Source of the DNA: Tepidisphaera sp.
Lineage (GTDB): Bacteria; Planctomycetota; Phycisphaerae; Phycisphaerales; UBA1924
Direction: 5' to 3'
Length of the DNA stretch: 64,000 nt
Assembly (NCBI GenBank): GCA_050916045.1
Contig: CP051526.1
Location: forward strand, 2,496,001 to 2,560,000
Position numbers and translations under genes: made by a program. Of this stretch, positions 27,252 to 40,022 are shown one piece after another (the stretch's first letter is position 1; each line of letters starts with the position of its first letter). A model generated the notes under the pieces. That model was not told the DNA's origin. It did no database searches and saw only the letters and a program-made list of their open reading frames with translations.

Positions 27252-28391
27252 ATGACGCAGGAACGTTCCAAAACTTCCGAGAACTTCTCGACCGAACGCA
27301 CCCTCCTGACCGTGCGCCCCGCTCCGGTCAGCATCGCGGTCGGCCCCCTCATGTTCTGGACCGTCCTCGCGACCGCTTGCTTCTTCGGAGCCCTCACGCA
27401 CGGCCGTTGGGATCCCACCGGAGCCGCGTGGCCGCTGCTGGCCGCGGGCCTGATCACCTTTGGAGCCGTCCGGCTCATCTGGGAAGTCGCCGTCTGGTCC
27501 ACCACGACCTACACCCTCACCGATCGGCGCGTCAAAGCGAGGTTCGGCGTGCTCTCCCGCATCGAGGTCGAGATCCCGCACGAGAAGATCCAGAATGTCA
27601 CCCTGCTCAAGCGGCTCCGCGACCGCGTCGTCGGGGTCGGCAGCATCGGCATCGACTCCGCGGGTTCCGGCGGCGTTGAGATCTGGTGGCTCATGATCGC
27701 CGATGCGGACGCCGTCGCTTCCCAGGTGCGGGCCGCCCGCAACAACCTGCACGCCGCGATCAAGCCGCGCCGCCCGATCATCGTCGGCCTCACGGGCTCC
27801 ATCGGGGGTGGAAAGTCCACCGCCGCCCAGATCTTCCGCGAGCTTGGATGTCTCGTCATCGATTCCGACGCCGAAGCCAAAGCCGCACTTGACCTCCCCG
27901 AGGTCCGCTCGTCCCTTCAGGCCTGGTGGGGCGACCGCGTCATCGATCCCGCCGGACGCGTCGACCGCAAAGCCGTCGCGGAGATCGTCTTCCAGAACCC
28001 CGAGGAACGCGCCCGCCTCGAACGCCTCGTCCACCCCATCGTCCGCAAAAGCCGCGGCGAGATGATCGAGCGTGCCACCCACGAGGGTGCCTCGATGGTC
28101 GTCGTCGATGTCCCGCTCCTGTATGAAGCCAGCGTCGATTCCGAATGCGATGTCGTTGTTTTCATCGACGCTCCGCGCGAAGCCAGGCTAACCCGCATCG
28201 CCGCTCGCGGATGGAATCAGGGGGAACTCGAACGCCGCGAAGCCGCGCAGTTGCCCGTCGCCGACAAGAAAGCCCGCGCCGACGAACGCATCGAGAACGC
28301 GGGCTCCATCGACGACCTCCGCCGCGCCGTGACCGAGACCGCTGAACGGATCCGCTCCCGGCCGGCCAGAAAAGACGCCCCCGCCGCTTGA
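27252..28391 (+). CDS. coaE: Dephospho-CoA kinase fused to an N-terminal TM + bacterial PH (bPH_2) domain
   Basis: C-half IVGLTGSIGGGKST, VDRKAVAEIVF, LERLVHP, DVPLLYE; N-half YTLTDRRV...GVLSR...IPHEKIQNV. Confidence 0.85.
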   Translation: MTQERSKTSENFSTERTLLTVRPAPVSIAVGPLMFWTVLATACFFGALTHGRWDPTGAAWPLLAAGLITFGAVRLIWEVAVWSTTTYTLTDRRVKARFGVLSRIEVEIPHEKIQNVTLLKRLRDRVVGVGSIGIDSAGSGGVEIWWLMIADADAVASQVRAARNNLHAAIKPRRPIIVGLTGSIGGGKSTAAQIFRELGCLVIDSDAEAKAALDLPEVRSSLQAWWGDRVIDPAGRVDRKAVAEIVFQNPEERARLERLVHPIVRKSRGEMIERATHEGASMVVVDVPLLYEASVDSECDVVVFIDAPREARLTRIAARGWNQGELERREAAQLPVADKKARADERIENAGSIDDLRRAVTETAERIRSRPARKDAPAA

Positions 28392-28666
28392 CGCCGAACC
28401 GGGGTATACTCGTACGCGAGACGGCCCTGCGAGACATCAGTCGTGGAGCCGCCGCACCTTCCCCAGTACCCCCCGCCATGATCCCACGATGCCGATGTTG
28501 GTCGGCGTGATCGGGCGAGCGATCTTCCAAAGCATGACGCGGCCCCACACTCTCTGAGCGCTCCGTTCCCGGGCTTTCGCAAGCACCGGACCAGCCGCAA
28601 CACACCCATCCACAACCCGCGCTCCCCGCCGGTCCAATCTCACAGCGCAGTTTCCACGGACGATTT

Positions 28667-30775
<2,109 letters not shown>

Positions 30776-30880
30776 ACCCCGAGGGAAGGATCGCCGTAGC
30801 CAACTCCAAGCCCTCACGCTCGGGGCGTTCCCGAGAATCGCACCCGGAAAGGCCGCAAGCCCCAAGGACGGAGCCGGACG

Positions 30881-31198
30881 ATGAATCTCAGACGACTTTC
30901 GACCGTGAGCTTCCGGGCGGGTGTCTTTTCCGCCTGGTCTCTCGCGCTCTCGGTCGTCGGGCTTTGGCTTCTGCTCTGCCCGCCGCAGGAGGTGCCCGGC
31001 CTGGGCCCCTTCTGCACCTCCGCCGGCCTCGCCGCCCTCGCCGGCGGGCAGGTCCTGTTCATGACCATGGTCGCGGACCGATACTTCCCCAAAGCCCACC
31101 CGCGGCTGGTCGCCGCTCTGGAGATCATCGCGGCGGGCCTCTTCCTCGCCGGAGTCTCGGCGTTCATATGGCTCTCTCTCTCCGGAGGCGTGGAATGA
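30881..31198 (+). CDS. Small hypothetical membrane protein (3 TM)
   Basis: Hydrophobic ORF with GGAG RBS; stop overlaps the next start. Confidence 0.6.
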   Translation: MNLRRLSTVSFRAGVFSAWSLALSVVGLWLLLCPPQEVPGLGPFCTSAGLAALAGGQVLFMTMVADRYFPKAHPRLVAALEIIAAGLFLAGVSAFIWLSLSGGVE

Positions 31199-33927
31199 CC
31201 CGTTCTGACCGTTCGCTCGCCACTGGCCGTGTCACCGCTCTGATCCTCACCCTCTTCGCGGGCGCCGCCGCTGCGGCCGCGTCCCAGCCCGCCACCACCC
31301 CGAAACCCGCCGCGACTCGGATCGCCGCCGCGTCTGAGGCAAACCTTCAAGCTCGGACCGCCCGCGCCGTCGCTCGCGTCGCCATGCTCGACCTTCGCCT
31401 GATCGACAACGCCTCCGAGCCCGACTACCAGATCGCCGACATCCTGCTCACCCTGGCTCAGGACTACGCACCCGACGACACCGACCTCATTCGCCGGAGG
31501 ATCGAAGCCAACTGGAACGCCGGTCGCTCCGAAGTGTCGCACGACCTGACCAAACGCCTCATCGCGCTGGACCCCTCCGACACCGTCGCCCAGCTCCGCT
31601 TCATCAGCGCCACCATCGCCAAGCGCCAGACCGCCTCCGAGCGCCTCGCCCTCTACGACAAGTTCTGTGCATCGACCAAGCTCGACCCCTCCGTGCGGAG
31701 CAGGCTCGCGATGGACGCCGCGCTGCTCGCCCGCGAGGGCGGCGAACTCGCGAAGTTCCGCGAATGGCTCAGGCTCGCCACCACACTCGACTCCACCAAC
31801 AAGGAAGCCGCGATGCTCGCGGTCTCCGTGTTCCAGGAGGAACACCCGGGCGACGCCCCCGGACTCATCGAGCTCCTGTCCAATCTGCTCATGGCTGATC
31901 CGCTCGACCCGCACGTCCACATGACCCTCTCCCGCGAACTCGCCAACCACGGAGCTTTCGAACAGGCAAGCCGCCTCCACGCCAACGCCCGCACCCTACT
32001 CCGAAAGACCGGCGGCGAGATCACGTCCACCCACGAGGTCGAAGCTCTCATCCTCGAATGGCAGGTCGACGGCCCGGCCAAGGTCTGCTTCCGCATCGCG
32101 AGCAACCTCGCCGCTCAGCGACGCTCGATCCGCGAGTACAACGAGAACGTACGAAGCTCGGGCATCGGCATCGGCAAGGACCTCGGCGAACCCGAAGACC
32201 TTCGCCTCGGCGCCGACACCGAGAAAGTCCGCCTCGCCACCGCCCTCGCCGCCGAAGGCGAGCAGTACGCCCAGATGGCCAAGGACTCCATCACGGACAT
32301 GGCCCGCTCCGTCGAGTTCCGCGAGAAGATGGCCACCGACGACACCAAGCGACCCCTCGGCGTCACCCGCGAAGACGCGATGTCCGCCGCCAAAGCCGCC
32401 CTGATGGATCTTCAGTTCTGGCGCGTCATCGCCAACCTCGAAATCGAAAAGGTTGAGCCCGATCTCGTGAAGTTCGCCGACGGAGTCGTCGACGCCGATC
32501 TCCCCGGTCCCGAAATCGTCCGCGCTCTACTCAAGCTCCGACAGGGCGATGCTCCCGCCGCCGTCACTGTCTTCGACGCCATGATGGACACCCTCCAGAA
32601 GGGATCCAACATCTACTACACCGCCGCTTACTGCCGCGGAATGGCTCTCGAAGGCGTCGGACGCAAGGATGACGCGATCGAGGTCTATCGCGTCGTGCAA
32701 GCCGGCCTCCCCCTGCGACCCGTCGGCGCCATGGCCCGCTTCCGCATCGAGAAGCTCACCGGCGTCCGCGACCCCTTCAGCCCCTTCCGGCCCGCCGTCA
32801 CCGCCATCGCCGACGGAATCCCCGCCTGGGTTGACGCGATGGTCGAACAGCCCAAGTCTTTCATGTCCGTGCTCGGCGAAAGCCAAAGCTCCGCCGCCTT
32901 CGGCGATGATTCCCCCGTCATCATCTCCATCCGCAACATCGCCCAGATCCCCATCGCCGTCGGAAGCGACAAACCCATCAACAGCCGCTTCATGCTCGCG
33001 CCCACCCTCGTCGGCCGCGCCTCCCGCCTCGCGGCGCTCGTGCGTCCCGAGGTCGTCGAAGCCGACCGCGTCCTCCGCCTCATGCCCCGCGAAACCCTCC
33101 GTGTCCCGGTCCACCCCGATCTCGGATACGCCGGACTCGTCCTCGACCTCACCTGCGACGCCCAAGCACGCGTCAAGTGGCGGCTGATCCAGGGATTCAC
33201 CCCCTCCGCCACCGGCAACTTCGTCGCCGGCCCCCTCTCGCTCGCTTCCGAATCTCCGCCCGTCACCCGCAACCCCCTTCCCGAAGCTCATCTCCCCGTC
33301 GAACAGCTCATCGCCAACCTCGGCGTGCAGTCCGGCGATGAACTCTTCCGTTCGCTCATCGCCGCCCGCCAGAAGCTTTGGGCGTACGTAGTGTCCCAGG
33401 ACATCCTCACGGCCGGTTCCGTCTCGACCGACAAGGACAAGAAGGACAAGCCCACCACCCCCACCACTCCCAGCCCCTCCGGCACTCCGAGCACCCCGGC
33501 ATCTCCGAAGTCCTCGCCCGCCGAATCGGCTCCCACGCCCCCCGCCGCGACCGACCCCCAAGCGGGTGATCGCGTGCGGATCGTCGCGGCTCTCGCGGCC
33601 CGCTTGCCATCGCTTCCTGCGATGCAGCGTGTCCTGATCGCATCGATGATGCCCCACGCCGGCCAGATCGCGGAAATGGCGCCGCTCGACGCCGCTCTCC
33701 TCGCCGACACCGATCCAAGCGTGCAGATCATGGCTCTGCTCACCAGAGTGAAGAAAGCCGACGACCCCGCGCTCGTCGCGGCGACCAAGTCGACCGACCC
33801 TCGCCTCTCCGAGCTCGCTTCGCTGCTCTCCACCCGCCTCGCGACCGAGACGATGTGCTACGCCAAGCTCGCCCCCGGACTCGCCGCCATCCGCGGCGAT
33901 ATCGAGGTCGCTCCCAGTGAGCCCTGA
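31195..33927 (+). CDS. Large secreted TPR-like helical repeat protein
   Basis: GGAGG RBS, signal peptide, repeated LxLDP/AP TPR turns; typical codon usage. Confidence 0.7.
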   Translation: MTRSDRSLATGRVTALILTLFAGAAAAAASQPATTPKPAATRIAAASEANLQARTARAVARVAMLDLRLIDNASEPDYQIADILLTLAQDYAPDDTDLIRRRIEANWNAGRSEVSHDLTKRLIALDPSDTVAQLRFISATIAKRQTASERLALYDKFCASTKLDPSVRSRLAMDAALLAREGGELAKFREWLRLATTLDSTNKEAAMLAVSVFQEEHPGDAPGLIELLSNLLMADPLDPHVHMTLSRELANHGAFEQASRLHANARTLLRKTGGEITSTHEVEALILEWQVDGPAKVCFRIASNLAAQRRSIREYNENVRSSGIGIGKDLGEPEDLRLGADTEKVRLATALAAEGEQYAQMAKDSITDMARSVEFREKMATDDTKRPLGVTREDAMSAAKAALMDLQFWRVIANLEIEKVEPDLVKFADGVVDADLPGPEIVRALLKLRQGDAPAAVTVFDAMMDTLQKGSNIYYTAAYCRGMALEGVGRKDDAIEVYRVVQAGLPLRPVGAMARFRIEKLTGVRDPFSPFRPAVTAIADGIPAWVDAMVEQPKSFMSVLGESQSSAAFGDDSPVIISIRNIAQIPIAVGSDKPINSRFMLAPTLVGRASRLAALVRPEVVEADRVLRLMPRETLRVPVHPDLGYAGLVLDLTCDAQARVKWRLIQGFTPSATGNFVAGPLSLASESPPVTRNPLPEAHLPVEQLIANLGVQSGDELFRSLIAARQKLWAYVVSQDILTAGSVSTDKDKKDKPTTPTTPSPSGTPSTPASPKSSPAESAPTPPAATDPQAGDRVRIVAALAARLPSLPAMQRVLIASMMPHAGQIAEMAPLDAALLADTDPSVQIMALLTRVKKADDPALVAATKSTDPRLSELASLLSTRLATETMCYAKLAPGLAAIRGDIEVAPSEP

Positions 33928-34873
33928 GACCCAAGCCGCGATCACGCCGCAGCAGCCCGTTCAACCCGCCGCCCCGCGGCGCAGAGCCTGGATCGGATTC
34001 GCCGTCGGCGTCCTCCTCCTCGGCGGTGCGATCGTCGCCCTCGTCACCCAGCGTGAAGCCGTCGACCGCGCCTGGACCAGCTTGAAAGGCGCCCATCCGC
34101 TCGCCTTCATCCTGCTGGTCACGCTCCCGCTCGTCAACTGGATCCTCTCCGCAGAATCCTTTCTCGCCCTAACCCGCCGGTTCGCCCCCATCCCGCGAGC
34201 CGACATGACCGCCCTCATCGGCTCGGCCTGGCTCTTGAACTACCTCCCACTCCGGCCCGGCCTTTTCGGTCGCGTCGCGTTCCACAAAGCCGTGCACGGC
34301 GTTCGCGTCCGCGACTCCGCCCGCGTCATCCTCGATTCGATCATCGCAACCGCGATCGCGCTCCTCGCGCTCGGCGGTGCGGCTCTGCTCGCCCGGTCGA
34401 TCGGCCCGGCTCCGCTCTTCGCGATGCTCGTCTTCGCGCCCGGCCTGGTGCTTTCGACCAGATTCGCCGGCGAAGAGCGCGGCGCCCCCGCCGTCCGCGC
34501 GTTCATCGGCGTCGTCGGCCTCAAGATCCTCGACGGCTTCGCATGGACCGCACGCTACATGCTCGCGTTCCAGCTCGCGGGCAGCCCCATCGGCATGAGC
34601 GAAGCCGTCGCCGTCGCCGTCGTCGCGCAAGCCGCGATGCTCATCCCTCTCGCCGGCAACGGCCTTGGCGTGCGCGAATGGGCCGTCGGCCTCCTCGCGG
34701 CTTCGCTCCCCGCGTGGTACGCCTCCGAGACCACGCCCGGCACCATGGGCCTGGGCCTCGCCGCCGATCTCGCCTGCCGCGCGGGCGAGATCCTCGCCGC
34801 AATCCCCGCCGGCCTGCTCTGCACGTGGTACGTCTCGCGCAGACTGACCCGATTCACAAGGCCGCAACCCTGA
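33917..34873 (+). CDS. Lysylphosphatidylglycerol synthase TM / flippase-like (UPF0104) membrane protein
   Basis: NYLPLRPG and P..GNGLGVREW motifs; multi-TM. Confidence 0.7.
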   Translation: MSPETQAAITPQQPVQPAAPRRRAWIGFAVGVLLLGGAIVALVTQREAVDRAWTSLKGAHPLAFILLVTLPLVNWILSAESFLALTRRFAPIPRADMTALIGSAWLLNYLPLRPGLFGRVAFHKAVHGVRVRDSARVILDSIIATAIALLALGGAALLARSIGPAPLFAMLVFAPGLVLSTRFAGEERGAPAVRAFIGVVGLKILDGFAWTARYMLAFQLAGSPIGMSEAVAVAVVAQAAMLIPLAGNGLGVREWAVGLLAASLPAWYASETTPGTMGLGLAADLACRAGEILAAIPAGLLCTWYVSRRLTRFTRPQP

Positions 34874-34954
34874 GATCTTTCCACACGCAACCACCGCCGA
34901 CACAGGCCGTTACAGCCGGTCTCCGCCGCGAAAATCCTGCAAGGTGAGGGGAAA

Positions 34955-35025
34955 TTGGGGTACTAGGATTTGAACCTAGACTAAGTGAGTCAGAGTCACT
35001 CGTGCTACCGTTACACCATACCCCA
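34955..35025 (-). tRNA. tRNA-Gln(CTG)
   Basis: TGGGGTATGGTGTAACGGTAGCAC...AGTGA CT CTG AC TCACT...GGTTCAAATCC. Confidence 0.95.
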
Positions 35026-35147
35026 GTATGGTCGAGGGCAAGTGTATCGGCCCCGAGCGGGCCGGTCTAGACTCAAGCACGGCGATTTCACGCCCGCTTC
35101 AGCCATCCCCCACACCCTCAAAAACCACCACCCAAGGAGCTCCCGCG

Positions 35148-36227
35148 ATGCTCTCGCCCCTTTCCCGGAACCCCCGCACGCGTACGACCGCACGCCTCGC
35201 CACGATGGCCTCCCTTGGGCTCGCTTCCGCAGCGTTCCTCGCCGCCGGCCCCCTCTCCTGCTCCACCAACCCCGCCACCGGCTCCCTCGAGCTCAACATG
35301 CTCAGCCGCGACCAGGAGATCGCTCTCGGCGTGGAAGCCGCGCCCCAGTTCGCCCAGGAGTTCGGCGGCGGCGTCACCGATCCGGCCCTCCAGGCCTACG
35401 TCCGCCGCATCGGCGCGGACCTCGCCGCCAAGACCGAGGGCGACAACCCCTCCCTCCCGTGGGAATTCACCCTCCTCAACTCCAAGGAGATCAACGCTTT
35501 CGCCCTCCCGGGCGGCAAGATCTTCTTCACCCGCGGCCTCGCCGAACGCCTCACCTCCGAAGCCGAGATGGCCGGCGTCCTCGGCCACGAGGTCGGCCAC
35601 GTCACCGCCCGCCACGCCAACGCCGGCATGGCCCGCCAAGGCCTCACCTCCCTCGTCATCAGCGGTGCTGCGTCCGTACTGACCGACAGCGCCCAAGCCG
35701 CTCAGCAATGGCAGCAGATCGGCGAGCAGGTCGGCGGCGTCATCCTCCTGAAGTACTCCCGCGACCAGGAATCCCAAGCCGACTCCCTCGGCATGCGATA
35801 CATGGCCCGCTGCAACTACAACCCCCGCGCCCAGCGCGCCGTCATGGAGGTCCTCCAGCAAGCCATGTCCGGCGGCCGCCCGGCCGAGATCCTCTCGACC
35901 CACCCCTATCCCGAGACCCGCATCGCCCGCATCGACGAGGCTTTGCGCACCGACTACGCCTCCTTCATCGCCGCTCCCGGCCGGGCCGAGACGGACAAGC
36001 AGCACGCCGCCCGCTACGCCTCCGAGTTCCTCCCGCGGCTTCGAAGCCTGCCCGCGCCAGCCGAGCCCGCTCCCCGGGGCAACCAGGGCCAGAGCGTCGC
36101 GCCCCGCCGTCGCGCCACCCTCGACACCGAGACCGGCGCCCTCCGATTCGAACGCATCGACCTCTCCAACCCCGTCCAGTGGTGCGCCCACTGCGCGGCC
36201 GAAGCCGAAGCCGTCGCCGCACGCTGA
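35148..36227 (+). CDS. M48 family zinc metallopeptidase, probable lipoprotein
   Basis: LSC lipobox, INAFALPGG, HEVGH, YSRDQESQAD, LSTHP. Confidence 0.92.
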   Translation: MLSPLSRNPRTRTTARLATMASLGLASAAFLAAGPLSCSTNPATGSLELNMLSRDQEIALGVEAAPQFAQEFGGGVTDPALQAYVRRIGADLAAKTEGDNPSLPWEFTLLNSKEINAFALPGGKIFFTRGLAERLTSEAEMAGVLGHEVGHVTARHANAGMARQGLTSLVISGAASVLTDSAQAAQQWQQIGEQVGGVILLKYSRDQESQADSLGMRYMARCNYNPRAQRAVMEVLQQAMSGGRPAEILSTHPYPETRIARIDEALRTDYASFIAAPGRAETDKQHAARYASEFLPRLRSLPAPAEPAPRGNQGQSVAPRRRATLDTETGALRFERIDLSNPVQWCAHCAAEAEAVAAR

Positions 36228-36344
36228 CCGATCGCAGGACGTCCCCGGACCCGCACGCGAATCTGCCCCTGAAATCGGACGTTCGCTCCGGCGTTATACT
36301 GCGCCGAACCTCTAGGTTCGAGGGTCGATTTTCAAGGAGTTTCC

Positions 36345-36950
36345 ATGTCGAAGGTCACCGGTCTTTCTCGCCTCAGCGCCGTCCTCGGGCTCGCCGCCCT
36401 TTCCACGGGCTCGCTCTTCATGATGGCCGCTCAGCCGGCGGACAAGCCCGCCGACCGTCCCGCGCCCCGCGAAGGTCAGCCCGCCGGCCAGCCGGGCGGC
36501 GGTCAGCCCGGTGAGCGCGGCCCCGGCCGCGGCGGCCCGCGTGGCGGCGGCGGTGGCGCCGAGTTCGCCAACGTCGAACAGGCGATGAAAGCCATCAACG
36601 GCGGCTACCGCGAACTCAAGCGGAACGTCGCCGACACCACCAAGAAGACCTCCAACCTCGCCGCCGTCGCCCAGATGCAGCGGGGCTGCCTCTTCAGCAA
36701 GAACAACACCCCCAACCACCTCAAGGGCGGAGAGAAGTCCCTCGAAGACTACCGCCGCGCCCAGATCTCCCTGATGCGCATGCTCCTCGACCTTGAGACC
36801 CAGATCCTCGACGGCAAGACCGACGACGCCACCAAGTCCCTCGAAGCCATCCACGAGTTCGAGGAATCTCAGCACGCCAAGTTCATCGAAGAAAACAAGC
36901 CGGCCGACAAGCCCGCCGGCGACAAGCCCGCTCCCGAAACCAAGCGGTAA
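36345..36950 (+). CDS. Secreted four-helix bundle protein, cytochrome b562-like
   Basis: Signal peptide, low-complexity linker, VEQAMKAI...ESQHAKF with b562-like Met/His placement. Confidence 0.55.
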   Translation: MSKVTGLSRLSAVLGLAALSTGSLFMMAAQPADKPADRPAPREGQPAGQPGGGQPGERGPGRGGPRGGGGGAEFANVEQAMKAINGGYRELKRNVADTTKKTSNLAAVAQMQRGCLFSKNNTPNHLKGGEKSLEDYRRAQISLMRMLLDLETQILDGKTDDATKSLEAIHEFEESQHAKFIEENKPADKPAGDKPAPETKR

Positions 36951-36987
36951 TCGGCCAACCAGCCAAGCCAATCAGCCGCTCCAAACG

Positions 36988-37025
36988 ACGCGGCCCGCGA
37001 TCACTCGCGGGCCGCGTTCATTTTT
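36988..37025 (+). terminator. Intrinsic terminator
   Basis: ACGCGGCCCGCGA-TCAC-TCGCGGGCCGCGT then TCATTTTT. Confidence 0.8.
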
Positions 37026-37078
37026 GAATCATCCACCAAGAACCGAGCCTTGGAGAATCGGGCATTGGACTCCGACCT

Positions 37079-37768
37079 TTACCGCACCCGCACAAACTCA
37101 TACCCGGTCTTTTCCGGGCCCCACACCTGCTTGCCCGCGCTGTCGTAGCCGCGGTCCCAGACGCGCAAGCCCTCCGGCGTGATCGTCGATTCGCTCACCG
37201 CGTACGACGCGCCGCGGAGCGTCGTCTGGCAGTTCGTCCCCACCGTCCCACCGCGCCACTCGATGTCCGAGGCCTTCTGCAGCGCGAGCTGGCACCCGTC
37301 CTTGAGAATCAGCGACTTGGGCGACACATCCTTCAGAAGTTCAGGCCGACGCCACGCCCCCGCGAACCGGAGCGGCTCACCGGGCAGTTCGTACACCTCC
37401 ACGACCACGATCCCGTTGGGCTGCACGAAAAGCCGGTAGATCCGCTGGCGGTACGGCTTGGTCAGCGTGCTGGCGGCCGCTTGCTCAAAGTAGATCCAGA
37501 TGCCGTCCTGCCGATCCTCCCACACCCGGACGGACTCGATCCGAACGTCGATGTGGTCCCTGCTCTCGGCGGCCTGGGCTTCGGACGTGAACGAGCCGAT
37601 CAGCATCGAAGCGACGCTTTCAACGTCCGCCCGCCGGGCCGCGGCGGCCTGGGCTTCGATCTTCTCCTCCTCGGTCAGGGTCTTGGGGATCACGATCGGT
37701 CCGCAGGACACGAGCGTCATCAGGCATCCGGCCGCCACGATCGCACTCATTCGACGATTCACACCCAT
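37079..37768 (-). CDS. CpcT/CpeT chromophore lyase-like lipoprotein
   Basis: GSFTSEAQA, YFEQA....KPYRQRIY, DGC, WDRGYD..GKQVWG. Confidence 0.85.
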   Translation of the reverse strand: MGVNRRMSAIVAAGCLMTLVSCGPIVIPKTLTEEEKIEAQAAAARRADVESVASMLIGSFTSEAQAAESRDHIDVRIESVRVWEDRQDGIWIYFEQAAASTLTKPYRQRIYRLFVQPNGIVVVEVYELPGEPLRFAGAWRRPELLKDVSPKSLILKDGCQLALQKASDIEWRGGTVGTNCQTTLRGASYAVSESTITPEGLRVWDRGYDSAGKQVWGPEKTGYEFVRVR

Positions 37769-37821
37769 CGCGATGCTCCATCTGGTTTCGCCCGATGGTA
37801 GCCGCGCGTGGTCCGGCGGGG

Positions 37822-39276
37822 TCACCAGGTGCTCTCGTAAAGCCTAATGAACCAGTCGTAGTCGAAGAAGTCGATGAATCCGTCGTTGTTGATGTCCGCC
37901 TGCCGAACGCCACGCTCGAACGCGTCCACGAAACCGCCGAAGTCAAAGAAATCGATGAACCCGTCACGGTTGAAGTCGAGCCTTGATCCAAGCCTCACGG
38001 ATTCCGAGACGTCGAGGAGCCCCGCTCCGAGGCCGGAGGACGAATCAAGCGGCGAACAGGCAAGCCGAAGCGCGGCTTCCGCCTGCGCGGGCGACAGTTC
38101 CGGCGCGACGCTGAGCATGAGCGCCAGCGTGGCGGCGACCTGCGGCGCGGAGTAGCTGTTGCCGTTCCCGGCGCCGTACAGACCGCCCCGCCGCGTCGTG
38201 AAGATGCTTACGGCGGGCGCGGCGAGGTCCACCGCACGACCATAGCACGAAAAGGAGGCGCGGCGATCCTGTTGGTCGGTCCCGCCCACGATGATCACGT
38301 TCGGCCAGTCGAACCCGTCTTACGAATCCCCGACGTTTTCGGCTGGCCAGACGAGGAGCGCTCCCATCTGACGCACCCATCGGCCCACGTACTCGGAGCC
38401 TTCGCTCCGCACGCCTTCATAACCCACCGACACGACCCGGGCGCCACGCGACACAGCCCAGCCGATCCCCTCGATGATGTCGCTCATGAACGCGGCGCCG
38501 CCCGGCGAGTTGCTCGCGCGGATCGGCATCACGCGGACATCCCATGTCACGCCGCAGATGCCCGCTGAGTTGTCCCCCACCGCCGCCGCGATCCCGGCCG
38601 TCTCGGTCCCGTGACCGTTCACGTCGTCCGTCAGGCCCCCGCTCGCTTCCGCGATCTGATCGACCGCGTTGAACCCCGGCACCAGCGTGCCGCGCAGGTC
38701 CGGGTGCGACTTGTCGATGCCCGTATCGACCAGGGCAAGCGTCACCTGCCGCTGCCCCACCGTCAGCCCCCACGCCGTCGGCGCCGAGGTCCTCGTCAGG
38801 TGCCACTGGCGACCGAAGTACGGGTCGTTGGGGGTTCCCGCGGGCTGGAGCAGTGCGTCGGGAATCACGAACTCGTAGTCGCCGGTCGCGAGCAGTTCCT
38901 CCCGCGTGCGGCTCGCATGCATGGGGTTGGCACAGCCGAGCACCGCGAACCCAGTCGTGGCCATCGAGCGCACCCGCATGGGATCGATCCGTCGGTGCGC
39001 ATCCACGCACCGACGCCGCGCCTCGGCGGGGCTCAGCCCGGCACGCTCGAAGTCCTCGGGCGTGCGCACCTTCGAGATCAGACGCGAGCCCGCCAGAACG
39101 CGGGCCTGCGCCGACGTCGCGTCAGGAGGCACATCCAGCGCGGGCGCGGCGTCCGCGGACCAACCGCAGACGAGCAGAAAAAACACACCGACCATGAGTC
39201 GATTTCGCAAGGGAACTCCTCGGGTTGCGCGGGGGGCCGCGGCTGGAACCGTGACGCAGTTGCTACGTCGGCTCAA
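37822..39276 (-). pseudogene. S8 subtilisin-like peptidase with GC-type dockerin, interrupted by in-frame TAA at 38320-38322
   Basis: VDTG and HGT precede the stop; VDLAAP and GNSYSAP plus DFNRDGFIDFFD follow it in the same frame. Confidence 0.8.
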
Positions 39277-39419
39277 CCCATTCGGTTTGTGGATGTTGAC
39301 GAGAGGGGGATCTCACCCCACCCCGAGCCCAACCCCGATAACGATCACATGACTCCTGCACTTGACGCCGGTATACTTCCGCCCCCACTCCCCGGCCGGT
39401 TGCGGCCAAGTGGACGGTT

Positions 39420-39493
39420 GGGCTTGTAGCTCAGTTGGCTAGAGCGCACCCCTGATAAGGGTGAGGTCGGCAGTTCGAGTCTGCCCAGGCCCA
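39420..39493 (+). tRNA. tRNA-Ile(GAT)
   Basis: GGGCTTGTAGCTCAGTTGG...CACCC CT GAT AA GGGTG...GTTCGAGTC. Confidence 0.96.
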
Positions 39494-39680
39494 TTAGACG
39501 ACCCGCACGCGAAAGTGCCGTGCCCGGTCCGCTGAATGTCGATTCCGGGGCGTCCATGACGCCCCGGTCTCGTTTGGGGACGGCTCGGGTTCCCTTGGGG
39601 AGGGGCCCGGTCGGGATCGACGGGGGACATCAGGATGAGGAGCGGCCGTCGGCGGCCGCCGACGTGGAAAGGACCGACCG

Positions 39681-39992
39681 ATGCGAATCGACGTGGTGGG
39701 AACCAATCTCGATGTCACAGAAGCCATCAAGGCCCACGCCACCGACCGGGCTTCGAAAGTCGAGAAGTTCTTCGACCGCATCCAGGCGATCACGGTCACC
39801 GTCAGCAAGAAGGACCGGCACACCCACGGCGACTTCGGAGCGGAAATGCGGGTCGACGTCGAGGGCCATGAGGACTTTGTCGGCCACGCCAGCAACGCCG
39901 ACCTCTATGCGGCGATCGACGACGCTTCCCACAAGGTCTCCCGCCAGATCCGCGAGCACAAAGAGAAGACCAAACCCGGTCATCACCACTGA
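39681..39992 (+). CDS. hpf: Ribosome hibernation promoting factor (short HPF/RaiA)
   Basis: MRIDVVGTNLDVTEAIK...DLYAAIDDA..KVSRQIREHKEK. Confidence 0.9.
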   Translation: MRIDVVGTNLDVTEAIKAHATDRASKVEKFFDRIQAITVTVSKKDRHTHGDFGAEMRVDVEGHEDFVGHASNADLYAAIDDASHKVSRQIREHKEKTKPGHHH

Positions 39993-40022
39993 GGCTCACG
40001 AGACGGCGAAGGAGGATCCGCG

